Assembly (NCBI GenBank): GCA_963790305.1
Contig: CAWBOC010000011.1
Span: forward strand, 1 to 46,571
DNA from: an uncultured Gemmatimonadaceae bacterium
Lineage (GTDB): Bacteria > Gemmatimonadota > Gemmatimonadetes > Gemmatimonadales > Gemmatimonadaceae
Length of the DNA stretch: 46,571 nucleotides
Reading direction: 5' to 3'
Made by a program: the position numbers and the translations under genes. Of the stretch, positions 17,765 to 26,795 are shown one piece after another. The notes beneath the pieces were generated by a model. The model ran no database searches and was not told the origin of the DNA. It was given only the letters and a program-made list of their open reading frames with translations. How positions within the stretch are numbered: position 1 is the stretch's first letter; each line of letters begins with the position of its first letter.

Positions 17765-18636
17765 CCGCGCTTCGTCCCCCGGACATCGATACTGGGTGAC
17801 AATCGAGGCACGACGGCACGTGCGGCGAGTGTCGGCGCGATCAACGCGAGATCGAGCGCCTTCACGAGCGGGTTGCTCATGATTCCGTGCCGGCGCGCAA
17901 TCGGGAAGAGGCGCTTCACGGCGCTGTTCGCTTCGATCGTGAGCGAGTCGAGGATCGGAATCTCCACACGGACCTCGTGAAATCCCGCCTTCTCCAGCAT
18001 CCTGGTGAGGGACCGTCCGGAGAAGAAGTTCAGGTGCGTGGGATCTTCCAGATTCCACCACGTATCGCGAAAGATCTCCAGTCCCATCGACTCGGCGTTC
18101 GGGGTGACGAAATAGAACCGCCCGCCCGGCGCCAGCGACGTCGCCAGCTTGTCGAACACGCGTTGCGGGTCGCTCAGATGCTCGATCACGTGCACGCCGT
18201 ACACGAGATCGAAGTGATTCCGCGGCAGGTCGATATCCTCGGCGCGGCCGAGGTGGAGTGTCGCGCGCTCGCGCACCAGCGGATCGATGTCCACGTCGAG
18301 CATGCCAGCCTCGATGCCGTGGACCTCGTGCCCCCCGTCGAGGAACTGGCGGAGCATGAGGCCTCGTCCAAATCCGAGCTCCAGAATTCGCGCTTTTTTT
18401 CCGGTTGGCAGGAGCGAGCTCATGCGCTGCGTCGTGAGCGCGATGCGGACCTTGTCGAATGCTGCGCTCCCGCCCCATGCGTGACCGCGAACGGGGCCGC
18501 TCGAGTAGCGAAGATCACGCACGATATGCCCGCAGTTGGGGCACTTTCCGAGCAGGGTGTCGTTGCCAACGTCCCACCAGACGGTGCGGGTTGCGCACGC
18601 AGGACATTGAGGTGTCTCGGCTGCTGACGGTCTCAC
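17761..18636 (-). CDS. Class I SAM-dependent methyltransferase with N-terminal Zn-ribbon
   Basis: [43 protein letters not shown] start 8 nt after the copCD stop. Confidence 0.85.
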   Translation of the reverse strand: MRPSAAETPQCPACATRTVWWDVGNDTLLGKCPNCGHIVRDLRYSSGPVRGHAWGGSAAFDKVRIALTTQRMSSLLPTGKKARILELGFGRGLMLRQFLDGGHEVHGIEAGMLDVDIDPLVRERATLHLGRAEDIDLPRNHFDLVYGVHVIEHLSDPQRVFDKLATSLAPGGRFYFVTPNAESMGLEIFRDTWWNLEDPTHLNFFSGRSLTRMLEKAGFHEVRVEIPILDSLTIEANSAVKRLFPIARRHGIMSNPLVKALDLALIAPTLAARAVVPRLSPSIDVRGTKRG

Positions 18637-18643
18637 TGGGTCT

Positions 18644-20038
18644 TCACTCGGTGGGGGGCGGTGTGGCGACGAGCCAGGCCGTGAGGATGAGTACGACGAA
18701 TCCAAGGGCGAGCTCGGCGGTGGCGGTGCGACGCAACGTGCCTACGCGATCGGCGTCCATGGCGGGACGTAATCGCCTCCAGTTGTATGCGCCGGCGAGG
18801 AGCACGAGAACCACGCCACCGAGTTTCCAGAGGAAGATCCGTCCGTACTCCGATCCGGTGATCGCGCTCCATGCGCCGATTCGCAGTACGGCGGCGATCA
18901 CTCCGGTAACGGCGAGAGCGCCCGCCAGCGTGAGTGCCATGGGGGAGAACGCGTCTACCATGCCGCGCACGGCCAGGCCGCGGCCTAACGGTTCGAGCCG
19001 CGCGGTGGCTGGAACGCCGGCGGCGAGGACGAAGAGGAGCGCTCCGAGCCATCCGCCGGCGGCGAGAACGTGGACCGTGCTGCTGATCACGGCGGCGATC
19101 GTCCACTGACCCGAGGCCACAGCATGGCCGGACAGGGCCGTCGCGAGCGCGAGCCCAAGGATGCCCACTGCCGCGAGCGACCAGACGGCTCGTCGCGAGC
19201 GCGCGAGCGCAAGGAGGAGAGCGACCACCGACGCCGCGGCGAGCAGCAAGCCCCAGCCCCACGGTGTGCGGATCGCCGCGGAAAGAAAGCTGGCATCGGG
19301 TAACTCGCCGCGCACCGCATACGACTGCGCGACGAGTCGAGCGATGATCAGCACCGCGAGAACCCCGGTGGCGACGAGGGCCGCGCGTGCGGCGCGCTGG
19401 CGCGCGTCGACCACGAAGTCGGGGCCGAGGTCGGGTACGCGGTGGTGCGTCGCCGGCACGACGATGATCGAGAAGACCACGGCGCCAACCACGACGAGGA
19501 TCGTCGCGAAGGTAAGCAGGCGAATCACGGCGTAGGGCCAGGAGTCGACTCCGAAGGCGGTGGTGAGCTCTTCCGGTTCGTCTTGCGCGGCCGTGTCCGG
19601 AGTTGCCGGCGGCAGTGCCGCACTCGCGGCCGAATCCATCGGCGACACCGCCAGTCCGGTAGCATCGAGGGCGATGCGAAACGTCACGGCACCGCGAACC
19701 GGGTGACCATCGGCACTGGTGATCTGCCAGGCGATCCGATATCGGCCCGCGGTCAGGGGACCAAGGATGTCGGCGACGACCACGGCGGTGGAGTCCGGCG
19801 CGGCAACGCGAAGTGCCGAAAGCGCCACACGCTGCGAGTCCGGCCCGATGAGCTCGACCTGCGTGAACGCCAACTGCGGCGCCTCACTGAAGGTGAGCCG
19901 GATCACCTGCGGGGCAGCGCGGAGATTCGCCCCGTTGGCCGGCTCGGATTTGCGAAGCACGCCATGCGCGAAGATCACCGCTGGCCACACGATGACCGAT
20001 GCGGCGACGGCGAGCGCGCAGGTTCGTACGAATCGCAT
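18644..20038 (-). CDS. copCD: CopC-CopD fusion copper-binding/uptake protein
   Basis: Signal peptide then HGVLRKSEP (N-terminal His), LTFSE, SADGHPVRG; CopD TM region with SGHA and HVLAAGGWLG. Confidence 0.9.
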   Translation of the reverse strand: MRFVRTCALAVAASVIVWPAVIFAHGVLRKSEPANGANLRAAPQVIRLTFSEAPQLAFTQVELIGPDSQRVALSALRVAAPDSTAVVVADILGPLTAGRYRIAWQITSADGHPVRGAVTFRIALDATGLAVSPMDSAASAALPPATPDTAAQDEPEELTTAFGVDSWPYAVIRLLTFATILVVVGAVVFSIIVVPATHHRVPDLGPDFVVDARQRAARAALVATGVLAVLIIARLVAQSYAVRGELPDASFLSAAIRTPWGWGLLLAAASVVALLLALARSRRAVWSLAAVGILGLALATALSGHAVASGQWTIAAVISSTVHVLAAGGWLGALLFVLAAGVPATARLEPLGRGLAVRGMVDAFSPMALTLAGALAVTGVIAAVLRIGAWSAITGSEYGRIFLWKLGGVVLVLLAGAYNWRRLRPAMDADRVGTLRRTATAELALGFVVLILTAWLVATPPPTE

Positions 20039-20134
20039 GACTGATCTTATCGCGGCGTAGCGCCGCGAGGTAGCGCGCACGGGCACAGTTCGTGTACATG
20101 TCGTCCGCGGAACACTTTCTCCGGAGGAAACGCA

Positions 20135-20365
20135 ATGGGTGGGAGCAAGCCTAGTCAGTTCTGGCAGAAGGAGCCGGCGGCCACGGATCGCAAGTTTCGC
20201 GTCGAGGACGAAGGGGTGCTCGAGCGCGAGAAGCACGAGTTCGCGGCAAGCGAGGTCCAGGATCGGGAGATGATTCCCGGGCAGAAGCGCAAGCCGTCGA
20301 ACCGTGCAAAGACCCAACCGAAAGGGAAGAAATCCACGGGGAAGCGAGGGAAGTCCGGGCGCTGA
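20135..20365 (+). CDS. Small hypothetical protein with Lys-rich tail (76 aa)
   Basis: RBS GGAGGA, ATG, coding-like GC3; GC-rich hairpin-like sequence downstream. Confidence 0.55.
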   Translation: MGGSKPSQFWQKEPAATDRKFRVEDEGVLEREKHEFAASEVQDREMIPGQKRKPSNRAKTQPKGKKSTGKRGKSGR

Positions 20366-20446
20366 TCCGCACGGGCGGAGGGCGCGCCATCCGGCGCCCC
20401 CGCCACCCTTCCGGAACCATTCGCGCGTGCGGTGCGTAATGCCCGC

Positions 20447-21196
20447 ATGAGCACCACTGCGTCATCGTGGCCGCGCACGTACTGGCGGCAGAGCCGCGCC
20501 CACCGTTATAGCCTCCTCTTCGCGCTCCCGCTCCTCGTTGCCTACGAGGTGCTGGCCGCTATCCTCGGCCACGGGGAAGCACAGGCCATCCGTAACGGGG
20601 CCGACGTTCTTCTGAAGGGCGCCTTCATGGCGCTGTTGGGTGAGCACGGCCCGCTGGTATTCGGCGTGCTCCTGATCGGGGTCGCCCTCTGGCTGGTGAT
20701 CCGTGACATGCGGGCGCACGGCTCCAGGCTGTCTCCACGAATCTTCGCCGGGATGATGGCGGAGTCCATCGTGCTGGCGCTGGCGTTCGGGATCGTCGTA
20801 TCGACAATCACGAGCCGAGTGCTCGCGCCGTTCGCGGCACTCGTCCAGACGTCGATGGAGGAGCTCGACCTCATGACGCAGCTCATGGTTTCGCTCGGCG
20901 CGGGACTGTACGAGGAGCTGCTCTTCCGCGTGCTGTTGGTGGGGGCGATCGCGGCGTTAGGCGCCCGCGCTCTGGGATGGCGTCCCCTGACGGCGGGCGC
21001 CGTGGCGGTCGGCGTCGGGGCGCTGATCTTCTCGGCGTTCCATTACGTCGGTCCCTTCGGCGACCGACTGGAAGCTGGATCATTCACTTTTCGCCTCATC
21101 GCCGGCCTCTTCTTCAGCGCGCTGTTCGTCACTCGTGGATTTGGCATCACTGCCTGGACGCACGCGCTCTATGATGTCTTCCTGCTTTTTGGCTGA
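20447..21196 (+). CDS. CPBP (CAAX/Abi) family intramembrane protease
   Basis: EELLFR, FSAFHY, HALYD motifs; multiple TM helices. Confidence 0.9.
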   Translation: MSTTASSWPRTYWRQSRAHRYSLLFALPLLVAYEVLAAILGHGEAQAIRNGADVLLKGAFMALLGEHGPLVFGVLLIGVALWLVIRDMRAHGSRLSPRIFAGMMAESIVLALAFGIVVSTITSRVLAPFAALVQTSMEELDLMTQLMVSLGAGLYEELLFRVLLVGAIAALGARALGWRPLTAGAVAVGVGALIFSAFHYVGPFGDRLEAGSFTFRLIAGLFFSALFVTRGFGITAWTHALYDVFLLFG

Positions 21197-21199
21197 CGC

Positions 21200-21886
21200 A
21201 TGAGCGACGCTGAGCTTCCGATTGGCGAGCACCACCTGACGGTCCAGCGCACCGCGCGCTATTGCACGCTCGGCGATGTCGCGACGCCGGCGAGCGATGT
21301 CTGGATCGTCTGCCATGGCTTTGCCCAGCTGGCGCGCGCGTTCATCGAGGAATTTCGCGCGATCTCGCACGCCGGCCGGATGATCGTCGCTCCCGAGGCG
21401 CTGAACCGATTCTATCTGAGTCGGGAGGGCGGACGCGCGGGCGCGAGCGCCCGAGTCGGAGCGACCTGGATGACGCGCGAGGATCGTCTGGCGGAAATCG
21501 ACGACTACGTTCGGTACCTCGATGACCTGCATCGAGAGATCACTGAGGGACAGCAGCGAAAGAACGTTCGCGTCACCGCCCTCGGCTTCTCGCAGGGAAC
21601 GGCGACAGCCGCGCGGTGGCTCGTGCACGGCACGGCGAGGATCGATCGGCTGGTGTTGTGGGCCGGGCTTCTCCCACCCGAGATCGAACCAGGTGGTCCG
21701 CTGCGCGATCGCCTGCGGTCAACGGAGCTGGTGCTCGTGCGGGGCACTCGCGATGAAATGCTCGACGCTGAGCAGGTAAAGGCGCAGCAGGAGTCGCTCG
21801 AAAAAGCTGGGGTTCGCCCTACAGTCATCGAGTTCGAGGGCGGGCACCGTATGGACCGTCACACTTTGGTGCGACTCATTGGCTGA
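21200..21886 (+). CDS. Alpha/beta hydrolase (phospholipase/carboxylesterase family)
   Basis: HGFAQ, GFSQG nucleophile elbow, GTRDE, GGH. Confidence 0.9.
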   Translation: MSDAELPIGEHHLTVQRTARYCTLGDVATPASDVWIVCHGFAQLARAFIEEFRAISHAGRMIVAPEALNRFYLSREGGRAGASARVGATWMTREDRLAEIDDYVRYLDDLHREITEGQQRKNVRVTALGFSQGTATAARWLVHGTARIDRLVLWAGLLPPEIEPGGPLRDRLRSTELVLVRGTRDEMLDAEQVKAQQESLEKAGVRPTVIEFEGGHRMDRHTLVRLIG

Positions 21887-21928
21887 ACGGCACGATGTCA
21901 CAAGCATCCAGGTTCAAAGTTGGGACGA

Positions 21929-21960
21929 GGATTCGGCGGATGCAGCGGATCAGGCGGATC
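21929..21960. repeat. 9-bp tandem repeat (GGATNCRGC)n
   Basis: GGATTCGGC GGATGCAGC GGATCAGGC GGATC. Confidence 0.7.
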
Positions 21961-22062
21961 GCTCCTTGGCGCCGACAACTCTCCACGCGCAGCAACAAAA
22001 AAAGCGTTGCTTTGTGGGTGTAAAGGAGGGTTGAATGCGCGCGGAGATGCCAGCCCCAAGTT

Positions 22063-22097
22063 CTGCCTCCTGAAATCTGAAATCTGACATCTGACCC
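22063..22097. repeat. Heptamer array (CTGAAAT)n
   Basis: CTGCCTC CTGAAAT CTGAAAT CTGACAT CTGACCC just downstream of the deaminase stop (minus strand). Confidence 0.8.
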
Positions 22098-22103
22098 GTT
22101 GCC

Positions 22104-22670
22104 TCACCCGTTATAAATCTCCCCCGAGGCGGCGTACCGCTCGAGCACTGCACGAGCCTCCTCCCGCAGCACACCGTGCACGATCGTGATGCCCTTGTCC
22201 TCGAGATAGCGATACGACTCGGGAAACACCGGCCCCTCGTCGAAGTGCGCCTTCATCGCATCATCGCGCGTTGCGCCACACACCAGGCGTCGTACGCCGC
22301 TCCACAACGCCGCGCCCAGACACATCGCGCACGGATCGCACGAGGAGACGAGCGTGTGGGCGGGCAGCCCAGGCGCGCCTAACGTGTAGCTTCCCACGCG
22401 TCGCTGCGCCAGCATGCACGCGAGCACCTCCGCGTGCAGGATGGAGTTGTTCTCGGGAACCACTCGGTTCGTCCCGACGGACACGAGCCGGCCAGTTTCC
22501 TCCTCGACGACGATGGCGCCGAACGGGCCTCCCGCGCCGCGCGCCACGTTCTCCGCCGCCAGGGAGATCGCCAGCCGCATCCGGCCCTCATCGGTCGCAT
22601 AGGATCGCTTCCAATCGACTACGGCATCCACCCAGTCGGGAAGCGCGATCGACAGTGTGTGACGGCTCAT
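22104..22670 (-). CDS. Zn-dependent nucleoside/nucleobase deaminase (CDA/GuaD/TadA-like)
   Basis: GGPFGA, HAE, DPCAMC; start overlaps the mutY-like stop. Confidence 0.9.
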   Translation of the reverse strand: MSRHTLSIALPDWVDAVVDWKRSYATDEGRMRLAISLAAENVARGAGGPFGAIVVEEETGRLVSVGTNRVVPENNSILHAEVLACMLAQRRVGSYTLGAPGLPAHTLVSSCDPCAMCLGAALWSGVRRLVCGATRDDAMKAHFDEGPVFPESYRYLEDKGITIVHGVLREEARAVLERYAASGEIYNG

Positions 22671-23371
22671 GCGATCCGACCGCTGGAGAGGCGCCTGGCC
22701 GAGCGGCACATGGTGCGAACGGGACACACGCCGCAACGCGCCACGCGCGCCGTGCAGACGAGCGCGCCCAACTCCATGATCGCCTGGTTGTGCGTCCACG
22801 TCGCGCGTCCACTGCGGGGCAGCACGGCCTCGGCAATGGCCCACAGGGTTCGCTGTCCGCGCACGTTCCGCGGGTCGAGCCGCGGCGCGAAGACACGGCG
22901 CAGCACGCGCGCGACGTTGGTGTCGACGAGGGGCGCGCGTCGCTCGTACGCGAAGGACGCGACTGCGCCGGCGGTGTAGGCACCAATGCCCGGAAGGCGG
23001 CGCAGCTCGGCGGGGTCGGAGGGAAGCGTTCCGTCGCCTGTCGCCACGGAACGTGCGAGGGCGTGGAGATTGCGCGCCCGCGCGTAGTAGCCGAGCCCGG
23101 ACCATGCCTCCATCACCCGCGCGGGGCGCGATTGGGCAACGGCGTCGAGCGTAGGGAACTCCCGAAGAAACCCATCGTACCGCTCCAGCACGCGTGCGAC
23201 CTGCGTCTGCTGGAGCATGAGCTCCGAGACGAGCACCCGATACGGATCGCGCGTGCGGCGCCAGGGCAGGTCGCGACCGTTGGCGCGAAACCAGCTGCGG
23301 AGCTGGCGCCCGAAGCGGCGGCGCAGCTCATCCGGCACACGCGCGGCGCGCGGCAAGCGAGGAGATCTCAT
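22667..23371 (-). CDS. mutY: A/G-specific adenine glycosylase, short form (HhH-GPD + 4Fe-4S, no C-terminal domain)
   Basis: DLPWR, VSELMLQQTQV, WSGLGYYARARNLH, LPGIGAYTA, VDTNVARV, C-X6-C-X2-C-X5-C. Confidence 0.85.
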   Translation of the reverse strand: MRSPRLPRAARVPDELRRRFGRQLRSWFRANGRDLPWRRTRDPYRVLVSELMLQQTQVARVLERYDGFLREFPTLDAVAQSRPARVMEAWSGLGYYARARNLHALARSVATGDGTLPSDPAELRRLPGIGAYTAGAVASFAYERRAPLVDTNVARVLRRVFAPRLDPRNVRGQRTLWAIAEAVLPRSGRATWTHNQAIMELGALVCTARVARCGVCPVRTMCRSARRLSSGRIA

Positions 23372-23487
23372 CGCGGCGCGAACGATATGAGCGGGCAGGG
23401 GCCGGCGCCAGCGCAAAACGCTGTGCAAGGCATTAGACTTCAGGCGCTCTTTGCCCCCTTCCGCCTAACCCTCACAAGTCCGCGCCC

Positions 23488-24294
23488 ATGTTCATTCGAA
23501 CCGTTGCCCTCGCGCTGGGGACGCTCGCGCTCGTTGTCGCGCCGTCCGCGAAGGCTCAGTCCGCTTCGTTTACGTACGCGCCTGGCGCCTCGCAGTACCG
23601 CGTGCAGTCTTCGACCAAAATCGTCCAGGAGATCAGCGGTCAGACGACAGAGGGCGAGCTCAATACGCGCCATCTGCTGACGCTCGACATCGGGCGCAAG
23701 GCGAAGGACACCCTCGCGCTCACCTACACCTGGGATTCGGCGAGCGTGTCGACGACCCCAGGCATTCCCGTCCCCGATCTCTCCAAGGTGAGCGGGACGA
23801 AGGCCGCTGGCTTCGCGTCGGCCACCGGCCGGATGTATTCGTTCGACCCCGGCAAAGCGGCCGCGGACGGCATGCCGGACATGGCCGAATTCGAGATGTT
23901 CCTCCCCATCGTCACCGCCGCCAACAAAAAGGCCGGCGACAGCTGGGTCGACACCCTAACGGTGAAAGGGAAGCGTGGCGGCCTCGACGTCAACACCACC
24001 CTCATCGTCACGTCGACGATGGCGGGGGACACGACCTACGCGGGCGAGAAGTCGTGGCGCATTCAGCGCAATCTCGTGTTCACGGTGTCGGGCGCGGGAG
24101 AACAGCAGGGGATGGCCCTGGTGATCGAGGGCACGGGCACCGGCGAGCGCACCGACTACATCACCTCGAAAGGCGTGTACCTCGGCTCGGCGCTGAAGCA
24201 GACGTCGCAGAGCACCGTCTCACTGCCCGCCAACAACATGACCATCCCGATGACGACGACGGTGACGTCAAAGGTGGAGCGGGTGAAAGGCTAG
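23488..24294 (+). CDS. Secreted hypothetical protein, beta-rich
   Basis: Signal peptide ending AKA-Q; Thr-rich; 268 aa with coding-like codon usage. Confidence 0.75.
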   Translation: MFIRTVALALGTLALVVAPSAKAQSASFTYAPGASQYRVQSSTKIVQEISGQTTEGELNTRHLLTLDIGRKAKDTLALTYTWDSASVSTTPGIPVPDLSKVSGTKAAGFASATGRMYSFDPGKAAADGMPDMAEFEMFLPIVTAANKKAGDSWVDTLTVKGKRGGLDVNTTLIVTSTMAGDTTYAGEKSWRIQRNLVFTVSGAGEQQGMALVIEGTGTGERTDYITSKGVYLGSALKQTSQSTVSLPANNMTIPMTTTVTSKVERVKG

Positions 24295-24758
24295 GAGTCC
24301 TGCCCCTCGGGTCGTGCATAACGGCTGACGACGGCCAACAGCTCGCGGTCGCTAATCGGCTTGACGAGATAGTCATTTCCCCCGGCCGCGAGCGCCGTGT
24401 CACGATCGCCGGCCGCGGCGAGCGCGCTCAGAAACACGATCGGCACGCGCGCGACCCCCGCTGCCCCCGCCCGGATTCGGCGCGCGGCCGACACGCCGTC
24501 CATCGCCGGCATGGCGATGTCCATCACCACGAGATCGGGACTCGACAGCTTCACCAGCTCGATCGCCTCGCGGCCATCCCCGGCCTCGAGCACGTGATAG
24601 CCCGCGGCTTCGAGAAGGGTGCGCGCCATCATGCGCTGAAAGATGCTGTCATCCGCGAGCACGACCGTTGGAACGCGTCGGCCCACCCTGGTGGGCATCT
24701 GGGCGGGCCGGGACGAGCGCTTCTCGAGGGGCGAGTGCTGCATGGACGCCTGCTGCAT
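24291..24758 (-). CDS. Single-domain CheY-like response regulator (start uncertain)
   Basis: VVLADDS, MDIAMPAMDG, FLSA, KP. Confidence 0.88.
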   Translation of the reverse strand: MQQASMQHSPLEKRSSRPAQMPTRVGRRVPTVVLADDSIFQRMMARTLLEAAGYHVLEAGDGREAIELVKLSSPDLVVMDIAMPAMDGVSAARRIRAGAAGVARVPIVFLSALAAAGDRDTALAAGGNDYLVKPISDRELLAVVSRYARPEGQDS

Positions 24759-24822
24759 AGGTACCCCTCGAAAGGCAACGAGTGGGCCACCCAGACGTCA
24801 AACCGGTCTATTTTTCCGTTCT

Positions 24823-25251
24823 TCACTCATCTCCCTTCCAGCGACGTTGACGCTTTCGCTCGCGGACATGCCGTTTGTCCTCGAGACGCGCTTCGACAGC
24901 GCCGCGAGGGACTCGAGTTCGCTTCCGCGCCTTGGGCACGGCCAGAGCGCGCCGGATTAGATCGCTCAAACGAGCCTCCGCGCGCTCGCGGTTCTGCCGC
25001 TGGCTTCGGGAGTCACTCGCCACCACCCGCACCGTCCCTTCATCGCTCACTCGCGCGCCTAACCGCGCGATCGCGCGCGTCCGCTCGTCATCGGTCAGCG
25101 CGCGCGTGCGCGTCACGTCCCAGGTGATCTCGATCCGCGTCGAGGAGGTGTTGACGTGTTGCCCGCCCGGGCCGCCGGAGCGCGAGGCGCGAACGACGAG
25201 CTCGGAGCGAGGGATGGCCACCGTTTGTGTGACGCGGAATCGCATCGCCAT
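24823..25251 (-). CDS. arfB: Alternative ribosome rescue peptidyl-tRNA hydrolase ArfB
   Basis: SRSGGPGGQHVN, RSQRQNRERA, basic C-terminal tail. Confidence 0.93.
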   Translation of the reverse strand: MAMRFRVTQTVAIPRSELVVRASRSGGPGGQHVNTSSTRIEITWDVTRTRALTDDERTRAIARLGARVSDEGTVRVVASDSRSQRQNRERAEARLSDLIRRALAVPKARKRTRVPRGAVEARLEDKRHVRERKRQRRWKGDE

Positions 25252-25260
25252 CGGTGTCGC

Positions 25261-26604
25261 TCACGCGGCGCTGCCAGCTCCCGCGGGCGCCCGATGCACC
25301 CGCACCGCCGCGACGCGGCGCCCATCCATGGCGACGACCTCCAGCTCGCCCCCGGGAAACTTCACTCGGTCACCCACTCGCGGCAGGCGCCCGAGGCGCG
25401 AGAACACGTAGCCGCCGAGCGTCGACCAGCTTCCCTCGGGGATCGGGATGTTGTGGTCGGATCTCACGTCGATGAGCGACAGTGATCCGGCCAGCTCGAG
25501 CACGCCATCGCTCATGAGTGCGGTGCGCGTGGCGAGATCATACTCGTCCGCGATGTCGCCGACGACCTCCTCGACGAGATCCTCCATCGTCAGGATGCCG
25601 GCCGTCCCGCCGTATTCGTCGAGCACGATGGCCATGTGTGCGCGCGTGCGACGCAGGTCGTCGAGGACGCGCTCCGCAGGCCGGCTATCCGGCACGAAGA
25701 GGGGCTCACGCAGCAGATCACGCAGGTTGAACGCCTTCGAGCGGTCGTGGAGCCACAGGTCCTTCGCCAGGAAGACACCAATGACATCGTCCAGCGACTC
25801 GCCGTAGACCGGATAGCGAGAATATCGCTCGCGGCGGATCGTGTCCCAGACCTCGGCTTCGGAGGCATCGGCCGCGATCGCCACGATCTCGGTTCGGGGA
25901 CGCATGACGTCACGCGCCTTCTTGAAGTGAAAGTCGAAGACGCCCGCCAACATCGAGCGATCCGACTCGTCGAGCAGGCCGTGCGCGCTCGTCTGCATGA
26001 CGAGCATTCGGAGCTCTTCGGGCGAATGGACGCGCGCCGACTCTTCGACCGGCCGGAGTCCGAGCACCTTCAGCAGCCCATTGGCGGTTCCGTTGAGCAC
26101 CCAGATGAAAGGCGTCATGGCCTGGGCGAACCATCGCAATGGCCGAACGACCCACATGCTCACGACTTCCGGATGCAGCAGGGCGAGCGACTTCGGCATG
26201 AGCTCGCCTAGCACGATGTGCAGGAAGGTGATGATGAGGAACGCTGTCGTGATCGCCGCCACGCTGTGCACGGCGAGGCCCGACGCCTCGTATCCGAGCG
26301 CGGCCAGGGCCTGGTCGATGAGGGCCGCCAGGGTCGCTTCGCCGATCCAGCCCAGTCCGAGCGAGGCCAACGTGATGCCCAGCTGGGTCGCCGAGATGTA
26401 CTTGTCGAGGTGAGAGATCGTGTGCTGCACGATGCGCGCGGTGGTATTCCCGCGTGCCGCCAGCGCGTCGATCCGGCTCTTCCGGGCGCCCACGAGCGCG
26501 AACTCGGCCGCGACCATGAAGGCGTTGGCGAGCACGAGCACGATCACGGCCAATAGCCGGAGCGCAACCTGGCCGAGCGTCAAATGATCGACTAAGGGCT
26601 CCAC
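25261..26604 (-). CDS. Hemolysin-family CNNM/CorC-type membrane protein (DUF21 + CBS pair + CorC_HlyC)
   Basis: [61 protein letters not shown]. Confidence 0.93.
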   Translation of the reverse strand: MEPLVDHLTLGQVALRLLAVIVLVLANAFMVAAEFALVGARKSRIDALAARGNTTARIVQHTISHLDKYISATQLGITLASLGLGWIGEATLAALIDQALAALGYEASGLAVHSVAAITTAFLIITFLHIVLGELMPKSLALLHPEVVSMWVVRPLRWFAQAMTPFIWVLNGTANGLLKVLGLRPVEESARVHSPEELRMLVMQTSAHGLLDESDRSMLAGVFDFHFKKARDVMRPRTEIVAIAADASEAEVWDTIRRERYSRYPVYGESLDDVIGVFLAKDLWLHDRSKAFNLRDLLREPLFVPDSRPAERVLDDLRRTRAHMAIVLDEYGGTAGILTMEDLVEEVVGDIADEYDLATRTALMSDGVLELAGSLSLIDVRSDHNIPIPEGSWSTLGGYVFSRLGRLPRVGDRVKFPGGELEVVAMDGRRVAAVRVHRAPAGAGSAA

Positions 26605-26693
26605 GTAACCCCTTGGTGCGATGGTTCGTCGAAGATATAGCAAAATGCGACGGTCCGGGTACCTCGGCAGCGTCGCGAAACGCAAAACGGAGC

Positions 26694-26781
26694 GGATTGC
26701 CGATTGCCGATTGCGGGCTGCGGACCGCTATCGTGCGAATTCCCCTCCGGTTCGCCATCAGCAATCAGCAATCCGCAATCC
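26694..26781. repeat. Inverted heptamer arrays (GATTGCC)n ... (GCAATCA)n
   Basis: GGATTGC CGATTGC CGATTGC GGGCTGC ... ATCA GCAATCA GCAATCC GCAATCC, ending 15 nt before the pilS ATG. Confidence 0.85.
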
Positions 26782-26795
26782 TCGATCTCTCCCCC

